This document shows, piece after piece, positions 28,208 through 39,052 of a stretch of 64,000 nt of DNA. Made by a program: the position numbers and the translations under genes. Source of the DNA: Rhizophagus irregularis (lineage: Eukaryota); contig NC_089432.1 in assembly GCF_026210795.1 (NCBI RefSeq), forward strand, positions 5,828,001 through 5,892,000, in the 5' to 3' direction. The notes under the pieces were generated by a model. The model made no database searches. It saw only the letters and a program-made list of their open reading frames with translations, and was not told the DNA's origin. Positions within the stretch are counted from its first letter, which is position 1. Each line of letters begins with the position of its first letter.

Positions 28208-29984
28208 TAAAGATGGTGCCGCAAATAGGCAATTGCGGAATAATTGTGATTTGTGACATTGCGGAACATTGCGGATTTTGAAGTCTACATATCTGCAATT
28301 CCGCAATCAGTAATTATCCGCAATTCCGCAATTTTTCCGCAATTCCGCAAATAATCCGCAATTCCGTAATTAATTGCGGAATTGCGGAAAAATTGCGGAA
28401 TTGCGAAAAAATTGCGGAAAAAAATATTTTTTTATAACTAACTATTTTTTTAAACTTACTAGTCTAAAAAATAAGTTCGTTATTAATAAAAATATTTAAA
28501 AAAAAATCATTTTTTCGTTAATATAATATTAAAAAAAATGATTTATTTTTTTTAAAAAAATTGGATCGGCCGGATTATATTACGGTTTATCAACACCGTT
28601 AAATTAACCGGCCGATATGGTTATTAAATTTATAAAAACAAAAAGAAAACGCTGGAACTATTAGTTCCGGCATATTTATATAGAAAAAACAAAAAGAAAA
28701 CGCCGGAACAATTAGATCTGGCATATTTATATAGGAAAAATAAAAGAAAACGCCGGAACTATTAGTTCCGGCATATTTTATATAAAAAAATAAAAAGAAA
28801 ATGCCAGAACTAATAGTTCCGGCATATTATATATAAAAAATTAAAAAAAATGCCAGAACTAATAGTTCCGGCATATTTTATATAAAAAAATTAAAAAAAA
28901 TTAAAAAAAAATGCTGGAACTAATAGTTCCGGCATATTTTATATAAAAAAATTAAAAAAATTAAAAAAAAATGCCAGAACTAATAGTTCCGGCACATTTT
29001 ATTAAAAAAATTTAAAAAAAAATGTCGGAACTAATAGTTCCGGCACATTTTATAAAAAAAAAATTTAAAAAAAACGCCAGAACTAATAGTTCCGGCATAT
29101 TTTATATAAAAAAAATCAAAAAAAAACGCCGGAACTAATAGTTCCGGCATATTTTATATAAAAAATCAAAAAAAAAACGCCGGAACTAATGGTTCCGGCA
29201 TATTTTATATAAAAAATCAAAAAAAAACGCCGGAACTAATGGTTCCGGCATATTTTATATAAAAAATCAAAAAAAAACGCCGGAACTAATGGTTCCGGCA
29301 TATTTTATATAAAAAATCAAAAAAAAAATGCCGGAACTAATAGTTCCGGCATATTTTATATAAAAAATCAAAAAAAACGCCAGAACTAATAGTTCCGGCA
29401 TATTTTATATAAAAAATTAAAAAAAAAACGCCAGAACTATTAGTTCCGGCATATTTTATATAAAAAATCAAAAAAAAAATGCCGGAACTAATAGTTCCGG
29501 CATATTTTATATAAAAAATCAAAAAAAAATGCCGGAACTAATAGTTCCGGCATACTTTATATAAAAAATCAAAAAAAAAACGCCGGAACTAATAGTTCCG
29601 GCATATTTTATATAAAAAATTAAAAAAAAAACGCCGGAACTAATAGTTCTGGCATATTTTATATAAAAAATTAAAAAAAAACGCCGGAACTAATAGTTCC
29701 GGCATACTTTATATAAAAAATCAAAAAAAAAATGCCGGAACTAATAGTTCCGGCATATTTTATATAAAAATTAAAAAAAACGCCGGAACTAATAGTTCTG
29801 GCATATCTTATATAAAAAATAAAAATAAAACCACTGAAACTAATAGTTCCGGCGTTTTTATATATTATATAAGATTGCAAAAAAACACAGTTCCGGGCAG
29901 CCAATCAGAATTGCGGAATTACGGATTACTAACCGCAATTCAACACTAAATTCCGCAATATTGCGGAATTTGAAAATCATTTGC
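28208..29984. mobile_element. Second, inverted copy of the 15371-17171 hAT element, missing about 13 bp of one end
   Basis: Begins TAAAGATGGTGCCGCAAATAGG and carries the same minisatellite. Stops at ...TGAAAATCATTTGC, lacking GGACCCATCCTTA. No TSD. Confidence 0.9.
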
Positions 29985-29991
29985 TCACGAC

Positions 29992-30552
29992 TTATGGAGA
30001 ATAGATCAGATGCATGACAGCTTCTTTAGTAATATTTACTAATTTATTAAGATCAAATTCCCATCTAGATGTATCATCTTTAAAAGAATTGGCTACTTTA
30101 TCTGCAGAAGAAGATTCGTCTTTTGGCTTTATACTAGCCTTTTTTTTCTGACTAACTTTATCTTTTTGCCCATTAGTTACTGTATTCAGACCATTAGAAT
30201 TTGCATCATTCTCATTATCCATAGGATATTCCGTATAGCCGATCCCGTCTTCTTGTATAATAGTGGAGGAGTAAGTATCATGTAAAGATTCCTGATTATT
30301 TTCTGAAATCTGGTCAGAAATGCTAACAGATTCTATGATTCTACGCCATTCCTCGGTAGGTTCAGGAGGCCACTTATTATTAATTATTTTTTGATATGTT
30401 GTTGGTCCTATACGATGCTTTTTACACATAATACGCTGAGCATCTGGAATATTATTCTGAGCATTTCTAATTTCTTCAATAGCTTCAGATAACAAGCGTC
30501 GGGCATCTAATCTAAGAAATTTACGAGTATAGGTTGTTTGTTTTTTGCTCAT
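29992..30552 (-). CDS. Hypothetical protein (basic N-terminus, possible HTH)
   Basis: Intronless 186-aa ORF divergent from 30919; its C-terminus lies at the deletion junction. Confidence 0.45.
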   Translation of the reverse strand: MSKKQTTYTRKFLRLDARRLLSEAIEEIRNAQNNIPDAQRIMCKKHRIGPTTYQKIINNKWPPEPTEEWRRIIESVSISDQISENNQESLHDTYSSTIIQEDGIGYTEYPMDNENDANSNGLNTVTNGQKDKVSQKKKASIKPKDESSSADKVANSFKDDTSRWEFDLNKLVNITKEAVMHLIYSP

Positions 30553-30918
30553 AGTTTGCTAGTAATAAATCTGTATGATACTAATAAAAAACTTGTAGAA
30601 AATTTATTTGATATTGGTCTGGCATTAGTCTGGCATTAGTCTGGCATTGGTTTGTTACATATATGTAGTTCGCTTTTTTTACAGTGTAGCGTGCTATAAT
30701 CATGATTCAAATAAAAAATAGGTTTAGGATATATATACTTCAAATATCATATTTGTTTTAAACTAGTTTGTTATTGGTCTTTTATTAGTTTGATATTGGT
30801 TTGATTCTGAACTCCTTTTTTCCATATTCGAAGAAAAAATATACATATGAATGATAATTTCGCTGATAGCCGTCAGGAAAAAAAAATCATAAAAAACTTT
30901 GCCTTCAAATAAATTCAT

Positions 30919-31806
30919 ATGGCAAACATATATACGCTAAATGAAATAAATAATGGGACACCCTTGGTATCTGGCAATAAACTTGGAGATTCACCATTTA
31001 ATCGTTATCCATCTAGCCGAACTGAGCCGAGAAGAACCGAACGTTTAAAACATGATCTAGATATCGCTTTAAGCTCAGGTATTCAGCTTGGCACTAGAAA
31101 CAGTCTCTTGATAAAAAATAATGAGAGTTTTTCAGAGCGTGTATGTCAGCTTGAAGATGAGGCGAGAGAATTCAAAAATGAGATTAATCAAAAAGAGATT
31201 TCTCTTGCAAGTACTAAGAGCGAGATCGCTACAAAATTAGAAGAGATACAAGCTCTCCAATCAAGAATAGAGGAATTAGAGCAGGATGTTTCTTTGGTAC
31301 AAAAGAGATTATCAGAGATGGATTTTCTTAAGCGTAAATCTGAACTGGAATACATAAAACTATCTGATGAAAATATTAGTTTAGAATTGGCAAATACGGA
31401 GTTAGAAGATACACTGGCCAAAAAAAAGGATGAATTAATGCGGGTGAGAGATGATTTACTTTCAGCACAAAAGGCAGTGATAGAGAAAGATTCCCTTCTT
31501 CAAGAAACTAATTTTCTTTTATTAGAGCATATTTCAAAAACATCCAGCGAATCTAAGCAAAATGAAGCGATTGGAGGTGATAAAAGACTGGAGAAAGGTA
31601 ACGAAATCACTAGCCCCAAAATAACCTCAAAATCGCCTTATTCCTTATTTTTTCAGCATGCAATCATCTTCATAATAGTATTACTAATCATATACATCTT
31701 AAGGTGCGTATTCTCTCGTCTATATTTATCTTACAATGAAGAAAAAAATATTCCGAACTATAAAATACCCTTAAATAGAAATCAAGGTTATGCATTTCCA
31801 ATCTGA
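30919..31806 (+). CDS. Coiled-coil protein with C-terminal transmembrane segment
   Basis: Heptad-rich body followed by HAIIFIIVLLIIYILRCVF. Intronless and immediately upstream of the ATPase. Confidence 0.6.
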   Translation: MANIYTLNEINNGTPLVSGNKLGDSPFNRYPSSRTEPRRTERLKHDLDIALSSGIQLGTRNSLLIKNNESFSERVCQLEDEAREFKNEINQKEISLASTKSEIATKLEEIQALQSRIEELEQDVSLVQKRLSEMDFLKRKSELEYIKLSDENISLELANTELEDTLAKKKDELMRVRDDLLSAQKAVIEKDSLLQETNFLLLEHISKTSSESKQNEAIGGDKRLEKGNEITSPKITSKSPYSLFFQHAIIFIIVLLIIYILRCVFSRLYLSYNEEKNIPNYKIPLNRNQGYAFPI

Positions 31807-31840
31807 TACGCAGAAGAACCAAAAGACAGGACTACCTCTT

Positions 31841-32638
31841 ATGAAACTTCGTCTTTTAGATATGGATGAAGTCACAAAGCATGAATCATCCCGAAATATT
31901 GGCCATCCGGCGATGACATAGACTTTCAGCAAATTGGTCACTGGAAAAAGTGGTTCAGGTAAGACTAATTTACTTGGAAACCTTGTTCTTGGTGATAAGG
32001 ATGAATATGTGCAAAGAGGGGAGGAAGGTGGGTCTCGCTACATTAAATGTGATGATCTAATTGTTTGTAGGTATCATCCTGATGAGCCAAAATGGGGATA
32101 TGTGAGGTATATATATAATATGATTTCAAAGGATCCAAAAGCGCCTTTCTATGAGGATATTAGTTTCAAATACATTCCACCCGAAAGAATTCCTAGTACA
32201 AGAGCATTCTCACCTGAAAGAAGCACACTAATTATTTTTGAGGATCTGTGCTTAGCCCCTGAACATATACAGAATCGAATTAGCCAATTTTTTGGGAATG
32301 GACGTCATCGAAATATTTCAAGTATATATGTAACCCAAAAATACCATAAAGTCCCTACATTCATTCGTGAGAATATCTCCCACCTAGTAATGTATAACGG
32401 TGGTGGTAGCCAACAAGATGTGTCCAAGATAGTTGGTCGTTATACTGATGATGTGAAAAATGCATCCATTGTTATTAATAGCTACCTTTAAAGAGGTGAA
32501 TTTATTGTATTTGATCTCACTAGGCCAGAAGATGATCCCCTTGCAATCCGCCTAAGGTTTGACACTCCACTAAATCTGCAGAAGGAGATAGAAGCTAGGC
32601 AAAAGCGTAAGGAAAAAAGCTCCTTAGCTAATAAATAG
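31841..32638 (+). pseudogene. A32-like (FtsK/HerA) DNA-packaging ATPase of Polinton/Maverick type
   Basis: Walker A GKSGSGKT, Walker B LIIFEDL, and GRHRNISSIYVTQKY...VPTFIRENISHL, the A32 signature. Internal TAA at 32489-32491; the frame continues to TAG at 32636-32638. Confidence 0.85.
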
Positions 32639-32687
32639 AATCTGACTTTATAGATGCTAGCTTTTTTTCGTAATTATAAAAATTGGA

Positions 32688-33896
32688 ATGGGAGAGCGTC
32701 AAGCTGAAAGACCGATTATTTATATCGATCCCCAAAAAGCGCGAGAGTTAGACCAAATTATAGCAAAACAAACACCTACGATTAATATCGATCCCCAAAA
32801 AGCTCATAATTTAGACCGGCATCTTGCTTTGCAAAAACTATATTATCGTTCTGAAGGTCTGTATCAAAATGTTAAGGGATTGTGGGATGCTTATAAAAAA
32901 GCCAGCTACAGCTTTCCATTTATTGATGTAAAAAAATGGCTTGAGAACCAAGCAATGTATCAAATTTTTCGTCCTTCACCAAAGCATATACCTTATGCCA
33001 GTTACTCTAAAATTACGAAGCCAAATACTGTGCACCAATGTGATTTAATCGAAATACCATATGATGAAGATGTGGATACAAATTTACTAGATGATGGCCC
33101 AATATATTACTATGTACTATTGGTTATAGACTGCGCGACTAGATATAAAGATTTTGTTTTTTTAACATCAAAGAGCAGTGAGGAAGTTGCGGAAGCATTT
33201 AAGAGTATATATGATAATCCCGATAAGCCTCTCAACTGGCCTCAAAAATTGCAATGTGATAAGAGCACTGAGTTTATGGGATACGTAACTTTATTAATGA
33301 ATGAACATGGCGTTGAGATCCGAAGAATTACAGCACGTTTCAGGCATACAAGCTTAGCTATGGTCGACCGTTATGCTGGATTATTCAAATTAAGAGTTTT
33401 TAAAAATCAGTATTCAATAGAGTTTCTCCTACCTACTGGTAAGCGCTGTAGAGAATGTGAACGATTTGCAAGGAGAATTGTTGATAATATGAATGATACT
33501 CCAACCCGGCTAATTGGAATGAGTCCTAATGATGCCACAAAGCTTGAGCGGATATATTCCAAACCATCTGTAAAATATAATCGCCCAATAGGTATTGATG
33601 AACCACAACTACCAAAGAGTACTACTGTCCGATTCTTGCTTGCTCCTGGAGAATGGGAAAATGATCCTTTCGAAAGACGCAGAATAACAGATCCGATATG
33701 GTCTCCTAGCCTACATAAGATCCAGAGAATTGTTGTTGGAAAGAATCCTCCCATGCCTGTTTTATATTACTTAGATGAATCAGAACCTCAATGCCCTTTT
33801 GTGAGAGAACAATTGATGCATATTAAGGAAGAGCCCATGTTACCTCCTAGGTGGGTATTGGGAGATAACCAAATGCATACAAGGCGCCCCTTATAA
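32688..33896 (+). CDS. Retroviral-like (rve) integrase of Polinton/Maverick type
   Basis: LQKLYY...VKKWL...HQCDL...YVLLVIDCATRY...VAEAFKSIY...PQKLQCDKSTEF...AMVDR...NDTPTRLIGMSP. Intact 402-aa ORF. Confidence 0.85.
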   Translation: MGERQAERPIIYIDPQKARELDQIIAKQTPTINIDPQKAHNLDRHLALQKLYYRSEGLYQNVKGLWDAYKKASYSFPFIDVKKWLENQAMYQIFRPSPKHIPYASYSKITKPNTVHQCDLIEIPYDEDVDTNLLDDGPIYYYVLLVIDCATRYKDFVFLTSKSSEEVAEAFKSIYDNPDKPLNWPQKLQCDKSTEFMGYVTLLMNEHGVEIRRITARFRHTSLAMVDRYAGLFKLRVFKNQYSIEFLLPTGKRCRECERFARRIVDNMNDTPTRLIGMSPNDATKLERIYSKPSVKYNRPIGIDEPQLPKSTTVRFLLAPGEWENDPFERRRITDPIWSPSLHKIQRIVVGKNPPMPVLYYLDESEPQCPFVREQLMHIKEEPMLPPRWVLGDNQMHTRRPL

Positions 33897-34005
33897 AAGT
33901 TTCTAAATCTACTACACAGTAAGGGATTGTAATAAGGATTACTCCTTCCCGATAACATAACGCTCTCTTTTCCCAATCACGCTAGATTTATGCGTCTAGA
34001 TTCAT

Positions 34006-34362
34006 CTAACCTTGTGAGTGAAAAAAAGGGACGATTTGGTAATGTTGATTGCCACTATATTCAAAGGCCAAGCCTAACTCTTCATTGTATCCATCTAGAT
34101 GTAATCCCTCCAAGAATTTAGGCTTTCGGGGTGGAAATTTTTTATGTAATAAATCCTCAAATATATACTGGCATGTTCTTTCTGGTATATTAGGACAAAT
34201 ATTGCACCATCTATAATTCTGTTTCATATTTTTATATGGCGCCTCCCATTGATGGCCTTTTTTACATGCCCATAAATATGTATTAGGACTAACTTTAGCT
34301 AAGCATCTTCCTTCACGCTTTTGGGCATATGCCAAAGCTTTAGTGTTAATATCATCTTGCAT
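34006..34362 (-). CDS. Zinc-ribbon plus Vsr/PD-(D/E)xK-like endonuclease of the kind found in large DNA viruses, probably truncated
   Basis: GRCL...WACKKGHQWEA...WCNIC followed by ERTCQYIFEDLL...LHLDGYNEELGLAFEYSGNQHY. Confidence 0.7.
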   Translation of the reverse strand: MQDDINTKALAYAQKREGRCLAKVSPNTYLWACKKGHQWEAPYKNMKQNYRWCNICPNIPERTCQYIFEDLLHKKFPPRKPKFLEGLHLDGYNEELGLAFEYSGNQHYQIVPFFHSQG

Positions 34363-35637
34363 TTTATAGGTACAATAGAATATCACATACAGAAATTTGC
34401 GGTGTATATGCAAGAAAGCAGTATAAAATAACAGAGAAATTAGCAAAGTTCAAAATAAAAATTCTATATAATTTTGAGCGAATATGCTTGCTAGTAAAAT
34501 ACTGGGTTAGTGTAGTACCCAGCGCCAAGCCAAAAGAAAGTAAACGATGTGGTAGTACCCCAAAGTGATCGATGTGGTAATACTCCAAAGTGGTCGATGT
34601 GGTAGTATCCTAAAGTATCCCAGAGTAGTAACTATACGGAAAAGGGTTCTAGAAAGGCAGGAGCGAAAAATAAGATATAAAATTGGTAGTACCCCAAGTT
34701 AGAATAATATATAAGGAAAGAAAATAAGAAATTACAACTTGTGGTACTACCGCTGATAGGCAGGAAAGAAATTGGGAGGGCAGAAAGATTCAGGAGAATA
34801 CACGAAAAAGGTATGAAAGCTGTAAATTCTGAACTAATTCGGCACTTCGTGCCTCATTCTCGGCAATCAAAATGGTCATAGACGGGATTGCAAGAATGGC
34901 ACAACATCGGCACTTCGTGCCTGACCGGCAATCAAAAAGTGAGTGAATGGATTGTGAAATGTCTTCGGCAAATAGATGGATTGCAAATTCAGCACTTTGT
35001 GCCTCATCCGGCAATCAAGAAATGGCAAAGCAACTATGTGAGGGTGTTCCGGCACCAGAACAGTATCACTTGACTGGCACAGTAAGGCGCAGTATAGATT
35101 CGCTTAATTTTGCTTAGCACTATAATCCATATTTTTTTCCAAAACTTTGAGACGCAATAACTTGGCATCCAGGCATCCAATTCATGCGATCTTAGCATCA
35201 TTGGAAAGCTCTCAACGTCCTCTTTCAAACAACCACAAAACCGCACAAAGCTAATCACAGGAAGCCAAGATATTCTGCCCTAAAGATCGGCCAGAAATTA
35301 TACCATAGTGCCGGCTAAAATCTGATCCGCAAATTAACTGCGCCACCTGACGATTTTTTTATACCATTTTAGCAACTTAAAAGGCCAGCAAATGGGCCAC
35401 ACCCTCGACCTCAAATATGGCAACCAAAAGGGTCATAAAGTGGAAAACCCAACTTTACTCCTATACAATTGTCAAAAGATTCCAGAATGGAAAAACAAAC
35501 CTCTGCTCTGTTTAATGACCAAACAGTCACAGACCAGTGAAAACAGATGGATAGCAATAAAGCATCAGAAGGGGTATAGACACGTAAAAATAAGTAAGTA
35601 TGCATCAATATCTATAAGTAGGCATCACTATGGTGTA

Positions 35638-35697
35638 AGTAGATAGATTAAGTAGACATCACTATAATTATAGTGATGTCTACTTAATCTATCTACT
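35638..35697. repeat. Perfect 60-bp palindrome
   Basis: AGTAGATAGATTAAGTAGACATCACTATAA|TTATAGTGATGTCTACTTAATCTATCTACT. Confidence 0.95.
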
Positions 35698-36091
35698 CCT
35701 ATTATTTGATATTGTTTATATTAGACAAAAAATTAACTGCAAAACACCTGTAGAAGCAGTATACTATTCATGTAAACGTTTAAATACAGAAACTATATAT
35801 TACTATTGTGGCGAAAAAGATGGATTGTTGGAGTCAAATGAAAATTTGATAAAAAATTATCAAACAATATATCCTTTTTGTGAAGTTTGTAAGGAAAAAG
35901 GTTATAATTGGCCAACAAGAAGAAAAATTAATGCAGGACAAAAGAGAAAAAGAAATGAATAAATAATAAAAATTAATCTTTTCTATACATAAATATATGT
36001 TTATTTAATATGTTTGTTTAAATCATACCTCCCCTCCCTCAATTTTTTCTGACAAAAAAGACGTTAAACTAATTTTTAATTTGGAACGGCC
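35698..36091 (+). mobile_element. 3' fragment of a DNA transposon (Zator-like end) with a Cys-rich transposase C-terminus
   Basis: Fragment reads INCKTPVEAVYYS...YCG...IYPFCEVCKEKG...*. Ends TTTGGAACGGCC followed by TAA (GG terminus, TWA target). Superfamily call is tentative. Confidence 0.4.
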
Positions 36092-36423
36092 TAATTTAGC
36101 AATTTTTCTAATCTAAGATTTTTTTTCTTTTATTTGCTTATAATTAATTTGAAATTAAATAATTGATTTTTAAATTGATATTACTAAAGATATAGTATAT
36201 AATTAATAATCATTACTTTATATTATAATAGTAAAAGTTGCAATTTATTATTACTTTAAACTCAAAGTATTGTAATATTATAACATTTATGATTTTTCAA
36301 AAATTTCCTTTTTTGAAAAATAAAAATTACAAAAATAAGTTTATAAATAGATATCATTATAAAAAGAAATGATTGATATATTTGTATAATTGGCAATAAT
36401 TATAATACTATATAATAATTATA

Positions 36424-37508
36424 AGGAATTTGACTTTTATGTGGGATGCATAAATTGCATCCCATGCATAGTAATTCTGATATATATGGGTATTTAAATT
36501 ATTTAATAAATACATCATAATTGTCTCATACGCAGCTTTTTTTGATACGCGTCTAAATTTAGACTTTTTTATTTCACATGATCACGTGTTTAAATTATAT
36601 TATACTTTTTTTTCTCAACGATTATCATCTTTCCTCTTCCCCTTTCTTCCTCTCTTCCTATCTCCCCTCTTCTTCTCTAGTCTCTCCTCTCAACCTCTTT
36701 CTCCCACTTATAAATTTTATTACAACTAAAATGAGTGACTCTGAATTTATGTCAAGCAATGATGAAATTTTCGATGAGGCTTTTGATAATGATTTTATTG
36801 AAAATATTTCTAATGACAGTGACTCTGATGGTGAAGATAATGGTGGTTCCTCCAATAAAACTCTGAAATTGGAAGTTGGGATGGCTTTTCTCACCTGGAA
36901 GATTGCACCTAATGACAGTGACTCTGATGGTAAAGATAATGGTGGTTCCTCCAATGAAACTCTGAAATTGGACGTTGAGATGGCTTTTTTCACCTGGAAG
37001 ATTGCATTTAACCATATTAAGCAATAAGCTCATCAACAGGGCTTTGGCATATGCAAAGGAAGATCAGAAAAAAATAGAATCTAAATTAAGAAAACAAACA
37101 ATTGTATGTTTTTGTGAAGGAGTTTATAATAATCAATCAAAAAGGAAAGAAAAGGAAAATATCATTGTAATTTAATGGCTCAAATCACTACTGTAATTCA
37201 AGCCGCAGCGGCTTGAATTACAGTAGTGATTTGAGCCCGGCTCCCTTCGGTCGCCTATTTGCATTTTAATAGTATTTTAATAGTATGAGCTTATCTTTGA
37301 TACTTTTTTGGCATATAATTTAATTAATAGAAAAAATAATTTTTTTATGTAATAGAAGGGATGCGTATAGAAATACATATGCATTGTTTTATTTTTAGAA
37401 AATTTATTTAAATTTTTTTACCAGTGCGTAAAATATTCAAAAATTGAAAATTTTATATATAATATATGCATCCTACAATTTATGCAGGTGCGTAGAAAAT
37501 AAAAACCT
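36424..37508 (+). mobile_element. Deleted Mutator/FAR1-type element
   Basis: Degenerate TIRs sharing TGCATAAATTG and a 9-bp TSD ATAATTATA. Relic FAR1-like domain LEVGMAF.TW..AFNHIKQ*AHQQGFGI.KGRS...QTIVC.CEG. 99-bp internal tandem duplication near 36810-37008. Confidence 0.65.
37177..37237. repeat. Perfect 61-bp palindrome (30-bp arms) followed by a small hairpin GGCTCCCTTCGGTCGCC
   Basis: GGCTCAAATCACTACTGTAATTCAAGCCGC-A-GCGGCTTGAATTACAGTAGTGATTTGAGCC. Confidence 0.95.
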
Positions 37509-37840
37509 ATAATTATAATACTATACTATAATTATAATAAAAGTTATAACCTTATAACCTTTTAAAAATAATTACATATCATATTTTTAAATATTACTGC
37601 TAAGACTTTAATTTTTAAATGTTAATTTCTAATTGAATTAATTGTTACAAATTATTTTTTTCTATTTGAATAAATATTTTACTAATATGCTAATTATTTT
37701 TCTCTTAACTCATTTTAAGAACTTTAATAATAAATTTCAGTAATTTTTTCTAACTTAAGATTTTTTTCTTCTATTTATTTATAATCAATTTAAAATTAAA
37801 TTAATAGATTTTTAAATTGATTTTGTTGAGATTTTAATTC

Positions 37841-39052
37841 TTAAATATTAGCTTTTAATTGAACTAATTGAATTTGCAAATTATTTTTTTCCATTTGATG
37901 TTCATTTTGAAAATTTTGATTATTAATTTCAGCAATTTTTTCTAATTTAAAGAGCTCTTGTTTTAATTTAAGAAATAGAATTTCATTTAAATCTTTACTA
38001 GTAAAATTATGTAAATGACTTGTATAGTATATTTGTGAATAAGAATTTACAATATGATTAATATAATTATTACTTGATGCATTTATAAATTCCATAATAT
38101 TGCTTTTTAATTCTTCATTAATATCTTCAATTTTCTTTTCTAAAGGAAAAGAAATCCAATTTTTAATAATATTTAAAATTTTTGATGCAGATGGCCTTTT
38201 TAATGGATCTTCATTCCAACATTTTTCCATTAAATCTACATAACATTGTGGAGTATTTTTAATAATTTCAGGACATTCACCTTTACAAATATCTAAAGCA
38301 AGTTGAAGATTATCATGTGCTTTATCATTAAATGGTGAAATTCCAGATGTAAATTCCCACATAATCATAGAAAAACTATATATATTACTAGCTTGAGTAT
38401 AAGATTGACCTTTTAAAATTTCAGGTGCCATAAATGGTATAATACCATAAATATTATTTAAGGATTTTGTAAGTTGGTGCAATCCTAAATAATCACTAAT
38501 ATAAATTCCATACATATTTTCTTCATATTCATGACATAAAATATTGTCATCATAAAAGTTATAATGAATAAGATCTTCTTTATGAATATCATTAAGACCA
38601 TCAATAATTTTATATAAATTAAATAATTTTTGTTTCCAGGTTTTTGTTATTTCTGTTAAGCATTTTCTTAAATTACCTTTATTTGTATATTCCATTATTA
38701 ATATATAATTCAAAGTATCTGGATTTTTTGTAAATCCATATATTCTAATAATTTTATCTGAATCAATAATTTTCCACTATAAAAAATAATTTAGTTTATT
38801 AGTATAAATAAATTATAATTAATATAAAAAAAAATACTTAATCATACTTCATTTAAACTTTCATTTGAATTATTAAGATAATCAAAATCTTTAAGAATTA
38901 CTTTGATTTCTTTATATTTAGCTTCATATATAGTACTAAATCCTTTTTTATCAGAATATTTATTAATATTTTCAAATTTATCATAAGGAATCCATTTTAA
39001 TTTATTTTTAGAAATAAATTGATCCATAATTTTGCTTCCACTATAATCATAT
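37841..39052 (-). CDS. Tyrosine-kinase-like (TKL) kinase domain of the expanded glomeromycete family; catalytically degenerate (pseudokinase or pseudogene)
   Basis: SGSKIMDQFI...LKWIPYDKFENI...GFSTIYEA...VILK|...IYGFTKNP...YILIMEY...GIIPFMAPEIL...SNIYSFSMIMWE...TPQCYVDLMEKCWNEDPLKRPSA. The HRD loop reads HYNFYDDN and DFG reads DYLG. Confidence 0.8.

Larger units (their letters stand above)
29985..35697. mobile_element. Right portion of a Polinton/Maverick-like element
   Basis: Compact intronless ATPase-integrase-nuclease cluster, then a repeat-rich non-coding arm (34.5-35.6 kb) ending ...TATCTACT (5'-AGTAGATAG on the other strand). Left end not found. Confidence 0.6.

Noticed and set aside
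15371..29984. The inverted hAT pair as giant TIRs of one 14.6-kb transposon
   Set aside because: The left copy has its own 8-bp TSD and the right copy interrupts a gene, so they are separate insertions.
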